A DNA stretch of 64,000 bases from Patescibacteria group bacterium (GTDB lineage Bacteria > Patescibacteriota > Patescibacteriia > Buchananbacterales > UBA6539): positions 114,910 to 178,909 of the forward strand of contig JAQTYZ010000001.1 in the NCBI GenBank assembly GCA_028688055.1, given 5' to 3'. This document shows, piece by piece, positions 1 through 9,593 of the stretch. The notes below the pieces were generated by a model. It was not told where the DNA came from. It searched no databases and worked only from the letters and a program-made list of their open reading frames with translations. Each line of letters begins with the position of its first letter. Position 1 is the first letter of the stretch. The position numbers and the translations under genes were made by a program.

Positions 1-73
1 TATAAATTTAAAGTATGCTTATAGTATTGTAAAAAAATCTAAATTTATAAAAAATTATGCTGATGGTATTGAT

Positions 74-658
74 TTGGATGTTAGCAACTCGTTGATTGAA
101 GGTAATCAATTATTTGATAACGGAAATGACGGTGTTGATGTTTCCTCGGGGCAGCCGTTAATCATCAATAATCTAATTAAGGGATCAGGCGACAAGTGTG
201 TCAGTTTGGGTGAGCATACCCAGGCCATTGTTTTTAATAATATTTTAAACGGTTGCAACTATGGTTTTGCCGCCAAAGACAGTTCAACACCATTGATCGC
301 CAATAATACGATTGTTAACAACAATATTGGTATTGCTGGTTATCAAAAGAAACAAATTTTTGGCGGATCAAAGTCAACGCTAATTAATAATATAATTTGG
401 GATAACAAGGCACTGTCTGAATTAGATGCTAAATCAAGCGTTAGCCTCACATTTTCCGACATTCAAAATGGCGGTTGGGAAGGGGAGGGTAATATTTCAG
501 TTGAGCCCAAATTTGATGCCAATTATCGTTTAGAGGCGGCTAGTCCGTTGAGACAAGCTGGCACAAAAAATGGGTTGGAAGCTTTATTGCCAGCCGATTT
601 AAATATTATACCAATTGGTATAATTGACAATATTTTTGATTCAAACCAGATTCATTGA
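74..658 (+). CDS. Right-handed beta-helix repeat protein (NNxIxxN-type parallel beta-helix repeats); start uncertain (TTG start in ORF track, frame open from nt 26)
   Basis: Translation shows repeated IxNNxIxxN / GxxxxIxxN beta-helix motifs (NNLIKGSGD, NNILNGCNYG, NNTIVNNNIGIAG, NNIIWDN). No ATG is available; the ORF track uses TTG. Confidence 0.45.
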   Translation: MDVSNSLIEGNQLFDNGNDGVDVSSGQPLIINNLIKGSGDKCVSLGEHTQAIVFNNILNGCNYGFAAKDSSTPLIANNTIVNNNIGIAGYQKKQIFGGSKSTLINNIIWDNKALSELDAKSSVSLTFSDIQNGGWEGEGNISVEPKFDANYRLEAASPLRQAGTKNGLEALLPADLNIIPIGIIDNIFDSNQIH

Positions 659-664
659 TAAAAA

Positions 665-2464
665 TTAAGTTTGATCATCATTTCTAATATTAAAAACTTT
701 GTAGTAGTATGAATTCTTATTTTTTAGGAGTTCATCAGGATTGCCCATCTCAACAATATTGCCATTATCTAAGACAATTAACCGGTCGGAATTTTTCACA
801 GTCGATAAACGATGGGCGATTGCAATGACCGTTGTTTTTCCTTTTAAACCCTCAATTGATTTTTGGATGAGAACCTCTGATTCATTATCAAGGGCGCTGG
901 TCGCCTCGTCGAGAATTAAAATCGCTGGTTTTCTAGCCAATGTTCTGGCTAGTATTATCCGTTGCCTTTGTCCGCCGGAAAGCATAATACCTCGTTCGCC
1001 GATAATTGAATCGAATTGATCAGGTAAACTAACAATAAAATCATAGATTTGGGCATCGCGAGCAGCTTGAATTACGTCGTCATTGGTTAGATCTTGATTA
1101 TAAAATTTTATGTTGTTTTTAATGGTGTCATTTATTAAAAAAATATCCTGAGAAACGTAGCCGATATTTTTTCTCCACGAAGTTAGTTCGACAGCTTCAA
1201 TATTTATATTATCTAATTTAATTTCGCCGTTCGTTGGTTTGAATAATCTTAAGAGTAGATCAACAAGGGTGGTTTTGCCGGCACCGGATGGACCGATTAT
1301 ACCTACCATTTCTCCTTTTTTTATCTCAAAGTTTATATTATTTAAAACTTTTTTATTGTTATTATACTTGAATTCGACGTTATTAATTGAGAGCGTGTTA
1401 TTGAGGCTAAATTCTTTACCCCCCTTGTTTGTTTCAAATTCAATTTCCAGAATTTCGTTATACTTGATGACATTTTCTAAGTAGGGGATAAAAGTGTTTA
1501 TATTATGAAGTTTATTTTGACCTGATTGAACATAAGCAAACATTTTCTGCACCAGATATATAATTACCGCAAATGATGCAAAATTAAATTCCGAGGTAGT
1601 ATAAAATAAAACAAAGATGCCTAAGATAAAAAATATTGACATTAGCTGGATGGTGTCGGAAGTGAATTCAATCAAAAGCATTTTTTTTACGTATAGGCCT
1701 CTAAAAATTTTAAAGAAATTGTTACTCTTTTCAATTATTCCATCCTGGTCTGGTAGAGATTTAATCGTCTTCATACCGTAAGCGTTTTCATTTATGAAAG
1801 CGGCCGCATCTTTCATAGTCTCAGTTTCTTTTTTAGCTAAAACCCTGGTCTGGTAAATAAGAGGTTTAAAAATTAGAAAAATTGAAGCGCCAACAGTCAG
1901 CGTGAGCAGGGTTATGGTTATTGAAATATTTATTGCCACCACGGTATAAATTAGTAGGCTGACGCCTACTAAAATAAGCTCCGTGACGTAAGAAAGTAGG
2001 TTGGTGGCGTTGGTCGTATCAACCATTATCGTTTTTTCTAGATAGCCGGTTTTTTGATTAAGTAAATAAGACCATTTGGCTGCTAATGTCTTTTTGAATA
2101 GTTCGCCCCTTGTTTTTTTTTCATAATTGGAGACGATTTTCATTTTGAGAAAATAAAATAAAAACGAAGCAATAAATTTAAATGTGAAAAGTACGGGAAT
2201 AAATATCAAAATTGATTTTAGGCTGTATGGTAAATGAAAAAAAGTAAATAGATTTTTTATTAAGGCCGATATTTTGTCTGTGGCCGGGAATTGATTGTTT
2301 GAAATAAATGCAAATAGCGGAATAATGGCGTTAATTCCAATGCCCTCCATAATTCCGACGAAAAGACTAATGCTAGTCAAAATTAAAATTTGAGCTTTGT
2401 ATCGGCCGTAAGCTTTTTTAAATAGGGTTACGGTTAGAAATATTTTGTTTGCACTTTTTGTCAT
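665..2464 (-). CDS. ABC transporter, fused permease/ATP-binding protein (MsbA-type exporter)
   Basis: 599 aa. N-terminal half has 6 predicted TM helices. C-terminal half has Walker A GPSGAGKTT, ABC signature LSGGQRQR and Walker B ILILDEATSALD. Confidence 0.85.
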   Translation of the reverse strand: MTKSANKIFLTVTLFKKAYGRYKAQILILTSISLFVGIMEGIGINAIIPLFAFISNNQFPATDKISALIKNLFTFFHLPYSLKSILIFIPVLFTFKFIASFLFYFLKMKIVSNYEKKTRGELFKKTLAAKWSYLLNQKTGYLEKTIMVDTTNATNLLSYVTELILVGVSLLIYTVVAINISITITLLTLTVGASIFLIFKPLIYQTRVLAKKETETMKDAAAFINENAYGMKTIKSLPDQDGIIEKSNNFFKIFRGLYVKKMLLIEFTSDTIQLMSIFFILGIFVLFYTTSEFNFASFAVIIYLVQKMFAYVQSGQNKLHNINTFIPYLENVIKYNEILEIEFETNKGGKEFSLNNTLSINNVEFKYNNNKKVLNNINFEIKKGEMVGIIGPSGAGKTTLVDLLLRLFKPTNGEIKLDNINIEAVELTSWRKNIGYVSQDIFLINDTIKNNIKFYNQDLTNDDVIQAARDAQIYDFIVSLPDQFDSIIGERGIMLSGGQRQRIILARTLARKPAILILDEATSALDNESEVLIQKSIEGLKGKTTVIAIAHRLSTVKNSDRLIVLDNGNIVEMGNPDELLKNKNSYYYKVFNIRNDDQT

Positions 2465-2496
2465 GGTGGAGCTAAACTAATAAATAATGATTTATC

Positions 2497-2742
2497 TTAC
2501 CAGCGATTAATTTTATTGACCACCTTTTTTTTAACTTTTTGGTAGGTATCAATTGATTTCTGCTCTAGTTCGGGTGAGATAACACGCAGCATTTCTTTAC
2601 CCAAAATTCGATATTGACCACCAACTTTATTGGCTCTGATGAGCCCCTTTTTCAGTAATCGCTTCATCGTTGAAGGGCTAATTTTTAGTAAGGCTTGGAC
2701 TTCGGTCGTGGTGTATACTTCTAAAGGCTTTATCTCCGGCAT
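2497..2742 (-). CDS. Small helix-turn-helix DNA-binding protein, excisionase/MerR-like HTH family
   Basis: 81 aa; TTTEVQALLKISPSTMKRLLKKGLIRANKVGGQYRI matches the excisionase-family HTH pattern (helix, turn, then R/K-rich recognition helix followed by G-x-YRI). Confidence 0.55.
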   Translation of the reverse strand: MPEIKPLEVYTTTEVQALLKISPSTMKRLLKKGLIRANKVGGQYRILGKEMLRVISPELEQKSIDTYQKVKKKVVNKINRW

Positions 2743-2769
2743 AATTTTAGATCTAAAAATAACCCTTTA

Positions 2770-2800
2770 ATAGTATCAAAAGGTATCAAAAGGTGTCAAG
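2770..2800 (-). promoter_or_regulatory. Putative sigma70-type promoter (-35 TTGACA, 18-nt spacer, -10 TACTAT on minus strand) with 2.8 copies of a 10-bp direct repeat (GTATCAAAAG on plus strand) inside the spacer, upstream of the HTH gene
   Basis: Plus strand 2773-2800 reads gtatcaaaag gtatcaaaag gtgtcaag. On the minus strand this gives CTTGACAcc...TACTAT, about 28 nt upstream of the ATG at 2742. Confidence 0.35.
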
Positions 2801-2821
2801 TTTTTTGGAAAAAATTGAATT

Positions 2822-4213
2822 TTATTGACCTTTTTGGCTTAGAACAATTCTGATTGTCTTAAGTAAAATACTGATGTCTAGTCCAAGCGAGCGATTTTTA
2901 ATATAAAATAAATCATATTGTAGCTTCTCTAGTGTTTCGTCTTTTGACCCGCCATACGATGGTCCGACGACTTGCGCCCAGCCAGTTAAGCCGGGTTTAA
3001 TCAGTAGCCGTTCATTATAGAATGGAATTTGACTTGATAATTGGTCAACGAATTCTGGTCTTTCTGGCCTCGGTCCAACTAAACTCATTTCTCCCTTGAT
3101 AACATTTATTAACTGAGGGATTTCGTCAATTCTTGTTTTGCGCAAGAATTTTCCGAGTTTGGTAATTCTTGAGTCATTCTCTGAGGCCCACTGCGGACCA
3201 AACTTTTCTGCATCGATAATCATCGTTCTAAATTTAATAACTTTAAATTTTTTACTGTTTTTGCCAGTTCTAGTTTGAGTAAAAAATACTGGACCATGAC
3301 TGCTCAGCTTTATTGCTAATGAAATAATTGGAATAAATGGTAATAAAATTATAAACATTAATAGTGCAAATAGAATGTCACAAATTTTTTTTATTTTTTC
3401 ATAAAGATTTTTGTTGTTTTCAGTCAAATTTTCGAGAAACCAAATCTGTTCAATTATCGTAACCGGAATTTTACCAGTAATTTTTTCATAAAAATTAGTT
3501 ATATCAAAAAAATCAATTTTAAGGGGGATACACTCAAACAAGCTTTTCAGTAGCGCCTGGTTATCGCGTGGGTTAATGGTTGAAACAATGATGTTGGTCT
3601 TGTGATCTAAGCAAATATTTTTTAGTTCCGCGTAACCTCTCGCTTCTAAGTAATGTTTGAATGGCTGGGGTATCTCAGCTTGATCAGTGCTGATAATACT
3701 TTTTATTTGTAAACCGAGCTGAGGGGTTGATTCAATCGTTTTAATGATTTCTTCAGCTAGCCGATTAAAGCCCACTAAAATAACCCCGTTTGCTCGCTTG
3801 CGTGATCGAACAATGGAATTGAATATTAGCCGCCATATTAAAATAAGAATTATTGCTATAGCTAGGTAGATGAGCAGCACTCGTTGGGGTTTAATGGTAA
3901 AAAATCTATCGGCCGTAAAGTAGAAAAAAACAATAGCAATAAGTCCGTTAATTATTGTCCCACGTATTAGCTTGTTAATTAATGAAACTAAACCTTGGCC
4001 AAAGGTAAGTTCATATAGGTCGTCAATGTAGAATATTATCAGCCAAGTTAAAAATATTATACTAAATGGTATCAAGTGTTGGTTCCAGACGCCGTAATTA
4101 AACTTAGGCCAGTAGCGTATTAAAAGTGTTAGCCATAACGAAAAATAGAGGATAATTATATCCCCAAAAATCAAAAAAATCTTTTTATTTCCGGTGAGTG
4201 AGCTATTGGTCAT
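2822..4213 (-). CDS. Polyprenyl-phosphate sugar phosphotransferase (bacterial sugar transferase, WbaP/CpsE-like priming enzyme)
   Basis: 463 aa. N-terminal TM helices, a central linker, and a C-terminal Bac_transf domain (KFRTM, GPRPERPEF, GLTGWAQV motifs). Confidence 0.8.
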   Translation of the reverse strand: MTNSSLTGNKKIFLIFGDIIILYFSLWLTLLIRYWPKFNYGVWNQHLIPFSIIFLTWLIIFYIDDLYELTFGQGLVSLINKLIRGTIINGLIAIVFFYFTADRFFTIKPQRVLLIYLAIAIILILIWRLIFNSIVRSRKRANGVILVGFNRLAEEIIKTIESTPQLGLQIKSIISTDQAEIPQPFKHYLEARGYAELKNICLDHKTNIIVSTINPRDNQALLKSLFECIPLKIDFFDITNFYEKITGKIPVTIIEQIWFLENLTENNKNLYEKIKKICDILFALLMFIILLPFIPIISLAIKLSSHGPVFFTQTRTGKNSKKFKVIKFRTMIIDAEKFGPQWASENDSRITKLGKFLRKTRIDEIPQLINVIKGEMSLVGPRPERPEFVDQLSSQIPFYNERLLIKPGLTGWAQVVGPSYGGSKDETLEKLQYDLFYIKNRSLGLDISILLKTIRIVLSQKGQ

Positions 4214-4338
4214 AGTGGTTAATTGATAGTTAGATTATAGTATAAAAATAGCTTTTGGTCAATTAATGGTGATATTTGATAAAAGGTTTAAATTTTGTTA
4301 AAATATAGTTACTTTTTGATTTATTTTTTTTATTTGAT

Positions 4339-6822
4339 ATGGGATTAAAAGATCGGCTCAGTCATGTGTTGTTAGGTATAATAAACGCGGGGGTAATGTT
4401 TTCGCTTTTTTTGCCTATTGTAATGAACAGTCAGTTTTTCTTTCCGTTCATTGTCCCAAAAAATATTGCGTTTCACATAACCGCCGAGGTTATTTTTATT
4501 GCCTATTTAATTTTAGCTCACCTTAATTCTCGGTACCGCTTCCGTGCTTGGCGGTCAAAGTTAGTTTGGGCGGTCGTAGCTTTTTTTGTTATAAATATAA
4601 TTGCTAGTTTATCGGGTATTGGTCTTTACAGCAGTTTTTGGGGTAATTACGAAAGGATGAGCGGGTTATTCCATTTGCTCCATTTGCTTTTATTCTTTTT
4701 GGTTATTGTTGGAACATTTAGGGATAAATCAGACTGGCATCGACTTTTTACCTTCTCCGTTTTTACCAGTATTTTAATGGCGTTTCTTGGTTTTGCCCAA
4801 GTTATCAATACGCCATTTTTGTTAAAATCTTCTGGCGGCCAGCGCGTTACTGGGACCGTTGGTAACCCGGATTTTTTCGCCGCTTACTTAATATTTAATT
4901 TATTTTTCTTACTTTATTTTATCGCCAAGGAAAAGCGCTTGGACATTAAACTATTTTTTTACAGTTTTTTGACTTTTGACATTATTGCAATTGGGTCTTC
5001 CATTTTGTATCAGCTGGCACCCGAAGCAGATTGGGGAATATTGAGTTTTTTAAGAACCTCCCTGATTCAGCAGGCGGTTAATCTGCATCTTTTCTTCTTT
5101 AGCTATTTACTATTGCAAGGTGGGGTAGCCGTTGTCTGGTTCTATCGTCAACGACCACAGCTGATTCGTGGTTTGTTGTCAGTTATTTTCATCTTTGAAT
5201 TTTTTGTTTTTTATAATACCCAAACAAGAGGGGCCATTGTTGGTTTGATGGTTGGCTTGTTTGTGCTAGCATTAGCTGGAATTTTTACGATAAAAAATCG
5301 TCCGGCCAAAATTGCTTTTGGTCTGTTTTTGGCCGCGATTATTGCCACTCCTTTTTTAATTTTTGAATTCCGTAATAGTGCGATTGTCCAAAATAATGGT
5401 ACCTTAAATCGATTGGCAACAATTTCGACAACCGATATTACAACTGAGTCTCGATTGGCAACGTGGGATGCTAGCTGGCTAGGCTGGAAGGAAAATACTA
5501 AAACTTTTTTAATTGGCTACGGTCCTGAAAATTATTACTATGTCTTTAATAAGTATTTTCCAGTTCAAATTTATAAAGATAACGGTTCGCAAATCTGGTT
5601 TGACCGGGCTCACAATATTGTCTTTGATCTTGGGGTCACGACCGGGATTATTGGTCTTTATACCTATTTATTGATTTTACTTTTAGCAGCGTACTATCTG
5701 GCTAAGAGTTTTTGGCAGAATAAATCAATTAGCTCGAGCTGGTTAATGGTCTCATTGCTGGTCGCCTATTTCGTTCAGAATTTTTTCGTGTTTGATACTT
5801 TTAACACTGAAATCCTTTTTTATTTACTGATTGGCTTTGCTGTTTTTGTTTCCTCGAGTTTTAGCCGTGATGAAAGTGAACCGGAGAATGAGGTGTCATC
5901 CGAGCCAAATTATATTTATCTTGCGACGCTTATCATCGTTTTACTTTTTGGTGTCTTCGCTATTAATGTCAGAATTCTCAATGCTAACCATGCTATTTAC
6001 CGCGCCTTAATAGCCGATCGGGACGACCCCAAGCTGGCCATTGAAGATTTTAAAAAATCAATCAGCGGTTCGCTGACTGGTGTCTTTGAAGCAAGGCAGC
6101 AATTTAGTAATTTGGCAACTGACGTGGCAAAAAATAAAAAATTATCGGTAGCGGAAATTACGGATCTCGCCAATAGCGCTGCTAATGAACTGGAGAAAAG
6201 TGTCAAGGAAGAGCCATTAAATATTCGACACCAGATGTGGATTGCCGCCTATTATAACTCAATGAGCTCGGTGGTGAGTAGTTTTCCCAGCCGCGCTGTT
6301 GACTTATTGGAAGCTAATATTGGCTTGAGTCCATCGCGTCCGCAACTTTATTTCGAAATTGCCCAAGGCTATGCTTTGACTGGTAAGCTTGATAAGGCTC
6401 AAACTTATTTTGAGTATGGTGTTGATTTAGCGCCGAGTGTTATTGACTCTCGGTGGATATTGATGACTTTTTACATTATTACTGGCAAAGTCGATTTGGC
6501 CGACGCTCAATATCAAAAAATGTTGGCTTTAGGTTTAGTCCCTAAAGTTGCTGATTTCGCTAGAGTCGTTGACGCTTATTCGCGAGTTAGCAATTATGAC
6601 AAGATGGTTGAATTCCAGTTAAAAATTTTAGCCCTTGAGCCTTCGGCCCAGAATTATGCAAGACTAGCGGCTATCTATGCTAAAATGGGTGAAGATGATA
6701 AAGCCAAAGAGGCCACTGGACAGGCGGTTTCAATCAGCCCTAGTTTTACTAGTCAGGCGCAACAATTTTTGCAGGACTTAGCGGCTGGAAAATTGGTCGA
6801 TAAGAATTATAAAAAGAAATAA
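4339..6822 (+). CDS. O-antigen ligase/Wzy_C-like polytopic membrane protein fused to C-terminal TPR repeats
   Basis: 827 aa. About 12 TM segments in the first ~500 aa with a Wzy_C-like loop; the C-terminal ~280 aa is soluble with TPR-like helical repeats (AQGYALTGKLDKAQTYFEYGVDLAPS, AAIYAKMGEDDKAKEA). Confidence 0.6.
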   Translation: MGLKDRLSHVLLGIINAGVMFSLFLPIVMNSQFFFPFIVPKNIAFHITAEVIFIAYLILAHLNSRYRFRAWRSKLVWAVVAFFVINIIASLSGIGLYSSFWGNYERMSGLFHLLHLLLFFLVIVGTFRDKSDWHRLFTFSVFTSILMAFLGFAQVINTPFLLKSSGGQRVTGTVGNPDFFAAYLIFNLFFLLYFIAKEKRLDIKLFFYSFLTFDIIAIGSSILYQLAPEADWGILSFLRTSLIQQAVNLHLFFFSYLLLQGGVAVVWFYRQRPQLIRGLLSVIFIFEFFVFYNTQTRGAIVGLMVGLFVLALAGIFTIKNRPAKIAFGLFLAAIIATPFLIFEFRNSAIVQNNGTLNRLATISTTDITTESRLATWDASWLGWKENTKTFLIGYGPENYYYVFNKYFPVQIYKDNGSQIWFDRAHNIVFDLGVTTGIIGLYTYLLILLLAAYYLAKSFWQNKSISSSWLMVSLLVAYFVQNFFVFDTFNTEILFYLLIGFAVFVSSSFSRDESEPENEVSSEPNYIYLATLIIVLLFGVFAINVRILNANHAIYRALIADRDDPKLAIEDFKKSISGSLTGVFEARQQFSNLATDVAKNKKLSVAEITDLANSAANELEKSVKEEPLNIRHQMWIAAYYNSMSSVVSSFPSRAVDLLEANIGLSPSRPQLYFEIAQGYALTGKLDKAQTYFEYGVDLAPSVIDSRWILMTFYIITGKVDLADAQYQKMLALGLVPKVADFARVVDAYSRVSNYDKMVEFQLKILALEPSAQNYARLAAIYAKMGEDDKAKEATGQAVSISPSFTSQAQQFLQDLAAGKLVDKNYKKK

Positions 6823-9078
6823 ATGCTTTTTTTTGATTTTGTAAAATCGAGGAAAATATTTTTAGCGTCCGCGATTTTTTTTGTTTCATTTTTTTATTTT
6901 GTTGGCAGCACTTTTGCTGAAAGTCCAAAAGTCAATTATCGTTTGGGAGAAATTTTAGTTAAATTTAAAAGCTCGGATGAATTATATAAACTAAAAGTTC
7001 CAACTGACTCAGACCTTGAGGCGATTATTAAGTCATATAAAATTCGAGACGACGTTGAATATATCGAGCCAAATTATTTATTTAAAGCCGCTTCATTTCC
7101 CAACGACCCAGACTTTACGCTTCAATGGTATCTAACGGCGATCAATGACACTGCTTTTTGGTCTAAGGAATTATTACTCAGGGAACAGGAGGGCATAGCT
7201 CGAAAATCGGTCATTGCGGTTTTGGATACCGGGGTCTACTTAGATCATCCGGATTTAAAATCTAAAATTTGGAACAATAAAGCTGAGCGACCAAATGATA
7301 ATGCCGATAATGATGGTAATGGGTATATTGATGATATCCATGGCTGGGATTTCGTTGACAACGATTCAGATCCAGACCCGACTTTTATTGGCACCTATGT
7401 GGCCGACGCGGTTAAACATGGCACGATTGTTGCTGGTATTGCGGCCGCGGCAACCAATAACAATTTGGGCATAGCCGGAACCAGTTGGTTTGCTCAAATT
7501 ATGCCCCTCAGAGTTTTGGATAGCTCCGGTAACGGTGATGTCTATAAGGTGGTGAAGGCGGTTGATTACGCCATTAATAATGGTGCTGATGTTATCAATA
7601 TGAGTTTTGTGGGGAATACTCCAAGTCAGCCGCTACTCGACGCAATTAAAAGGGCTTATGCCAAAAATGTTTTAGTTGTCGCAGCGGCCGGAAATACCAA
7701 CCAGGATATTAATGGTCAGAATTTAGATGAAGCAAAATCATACCCAGTTTGCTATGACGGTGATGTTGGAGAAAATATGGTTATCGGTGTGGCGGCAGTC
7801 GGCCGGCAGCTTATAAAATCTTCATTCTCGAGTTATGGCAGTTGTATTGATATCGCGGCGCCAGGAGAGGATATCTATTCGACCCAAGTCTATCAACCGT
7901 CAGTCAGCGGCTTTGATCAATATTATAATGGTTTCTGGTCAGGCACTTCATTGTCTGCGCCACAAGTAAGTGGCGTTATTGCAGCCATCAAGGCGTTACG
8001 ACCAAATTTTAGTGCGGCGACTTTACGTGATATCATCTTAGGCAGTGCTAAGGATATTAATAGTTACAACCCTCTGTACCAGGGAAAATTAGGGGCGGGT
8101 TTATTGGATGCCGGTAAGGCGCTCGAGATGGCCCTGGGTCAAAAAATTACCACCACCAAGAGTGGGCAGAATAATTATGTGATTGCCGGTTTAGGCAATG
8201 GGTCATTTCCTCAAATTAAAATTTTAAAAACTGACGGTACGGTTTTTAAGTCATTTTTTGCCTATAGTCCATATTTCACCGGTCCGATTAATATTGCCGC
8301 TGGGGATGTCAATGGTGATGGCATTGAAGATGTGGTAACCGCGGCAGGTATCGGCGGTGGGCCTCATATTCGAATTTTTAATATTAATGGCCAATTAATT
8401 TCGCAGTTTTTTGCCTATAACGTCAGCTCGCGCGGCGGTGCTTATTTAGCTGTCGGTGATGTCAATGGTGATGGCATTGATGAGATTGTAACCGGTGCTG
8501 GCCGGGGTCTGGCGCCGGAGGTAAAAGTGTTTGATTATAAAGGCAGACTGCTAAGTCATTTTATGGCGTATGCGCCTAATTTTCATGGTGGTGTAAGAAT
8601 CGCGCTTGGCGATGTTAATAAAGACGGAAAAGCTGAGCTTGTCACTGGGGTCGGTCCTGGCGGTGGGCCTCATGTCAGAATATTTGATCAGTCCGGCGTC
8701 TTGGTATCACAATTTTTTGCTTTCAATCAGGATTTTCGTGGCGGCATCAGTGTCGGCGCCGGTGATGTCAACGGCGACGGCGTTGCTGACGTGGTGGTTG
8801 GTGCCGGAGCTGGTACGGTGCCAACGGTTAGAGTTTTCTATTACAATGGCATAATGTTAAATAGTTTTTTCGCCTTTGACTCAAGTTTTTTAAAAGGTAT
8901 TAATGTAGCCGTGGCTGACGTTGATAATAATGGGTCAAGTAGTATCTTGGTTGGCCAAGATGTTGGCGGTTCAGATCAAATTAGAATTTTTAGCTGGCAA
9001 GGTGATCTTAAGTATGATTTGCCGGTTCAGTTGGATCGCTATAAAGGTGGAGTCCGACCCGCCGTAATCCAATATTAG
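6823..9078 (+). CDS. Secreted subtilisin-like serine protease (S8) with C-terminal FG-GAP/VCBS-like repeats
   Basis: N-terminal signal peptide. Catalytic triad motifs VLDTGV (Asp), HGTIVAGIAAA (His) and GTSLSAPQVSG (Ser). GDVNGDG repeats seven or more times in the C-terminal 330 aa. Confidence 0.85.
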   Translation: MLFFDFVKSRKIFLASAIFFVSFFYFVGSTFAESPKVNYRLGEILVKFKSSDELYKLKVPTDSDLEAIIKSYKIRDDVEYIEPNYLFKAASFPNDPDFTLQWYLTAINDTAFWSKELLLREQEGIARKSVIAVLDTGVYLDHPDLKSKIWNNKAERPNDNADNDGNGYIDDIHGWDFVDNDSDPDPTFIGTYVADAVKHGTIVAGIAAAATNNNLGIAGTSWFAQIMPLRVLDSSGNGDVYKVVKAVDYAINNGADVINMSFVGNTPSQPLLDAIKRAYAKNVLVVAAAGNTNQDINGQNLDEAKSYPVCYDGDVGENMVIGVAAVGRQLIKSSFSSYGSCIDIAAPGEDIYSTQVYQPSVSGFDQYYNGFWSGTSLSAPQVSGVIAAIKALRPNFSAATLRDIILGSAKDINSYNPLYQGKLGAGLLDAGKALEMALGQKITTTKSGQNNYVIAGLGNGSFPQIKILKTDGTVFKSFFAYSPYFTGPINIAAGDVNGDGIEDVVTAAGIGGGPHIRIFNINGQLISQFFAYNVSSRGGAYLAVGDVNGDGIDEIVTGAGRGLAPEVKVFDYKGRLLSHFMAYAPNFHGGVRIALGDVNKDGKAELVTGVGPGGGPHVRIFDQSGVLVSQFFAFNQDFRGGISVGAGDVNGDGVADVVVGAGAGTVPTVRVFYYNGIMLNSFFAFDSSFLKGINVAVADVDNNGSSSILVGQDVGGSDQIRIFSWQGDLKYDLPVQLDRYKGGVRPAVIQY

Positions 9079-9080
9079 TC

Positions 9081-9542
9081 ATGAACTTAAAGAAAATTAT
9101 TTTATCACAGCTGGAACGTTATTTGATGATGCGTCAGCTAATTAAATTTGCCATTGTCGGCGGATCGGCCGCCGCAATCAATTTTATTATTTATTATAGC
9201 CTAACAAAACATTTTAGTTTTTGGTATGTTTATTCTTCGGCGGCCGGTTTCACGATTTCCGCTATTTTTAATTTTACGTCAAATAAATTTTGGACCTTTC
9301 GGAACAAAGCGGCCGGTAAACACGCGTTGCGACAGGTGGCCAAGTTTGCGATTGTGATGATATCCGGTTTGGTGATAAATATGGTTATTATTTATTTCTT
9401 AACTGATATGGTTGGGATTGATTGGCGCTGGTCCTGGTTGTTGGCTAATGGGGTGGTAACTTTTTGGAGTTTTGGTTTTAATCGATTTTGGACTTTCCGT
9501 CATATAATCGCTACCGATTCAAATGGCTTGTCGTCGGAATGA
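9081..9542 (+). CDS. GtrA-family membrane protein (polysaccharide synthesis/flippase-associated)
   Basis: 153 aa with 4 TM helices. N-terminus LIKFAIVGGSAAAINFIIYY is typical of GtrA-like proteins. Confidence 0.7.
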   Translation: MNLKKIILSQLERYLMMRQLIKFAIVGGSAAAINFIIYYSLTKHFSFWYVYSSAAGFTISAIFNFTSNKFWTFRNKAAGKHALRQVAKFAIVMISGLVINMVIIYFLTDMVGIDWRWSWLLANGVVTFWSFGFNRFWTFRHIIATDSNGLSSE

Positions 9543-9593
9543 AAAAAAGTTATAATAGCAGCAGTTTTTAGGCAGTTTAATTTATAAAAATTT

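Noticed and set aside
741-1484. ORFs 741..1019(+) and 1239..1484(+) inside the ABC transporter gene
   Set aside because: They are antisense to a well-supported 599-aa ABC transporter CDS, have low-complexity translations, and show no RBS or family signal.
5997-6206. 69-aa antisense ORF within the Wzy_C/TPR gene
   Set aside because: Fully overlapped by a strongly supported CDS on the other strand; a chance ORF in GC-neutral sequence.
8606-8854. 82-aa ORF overlapping the subtilase FG-GAP region in another frame
   Set aside because: It lies within the repeat-rich coding region of the S8 protease, and its repetitive translation is an out-of-frame artefact.
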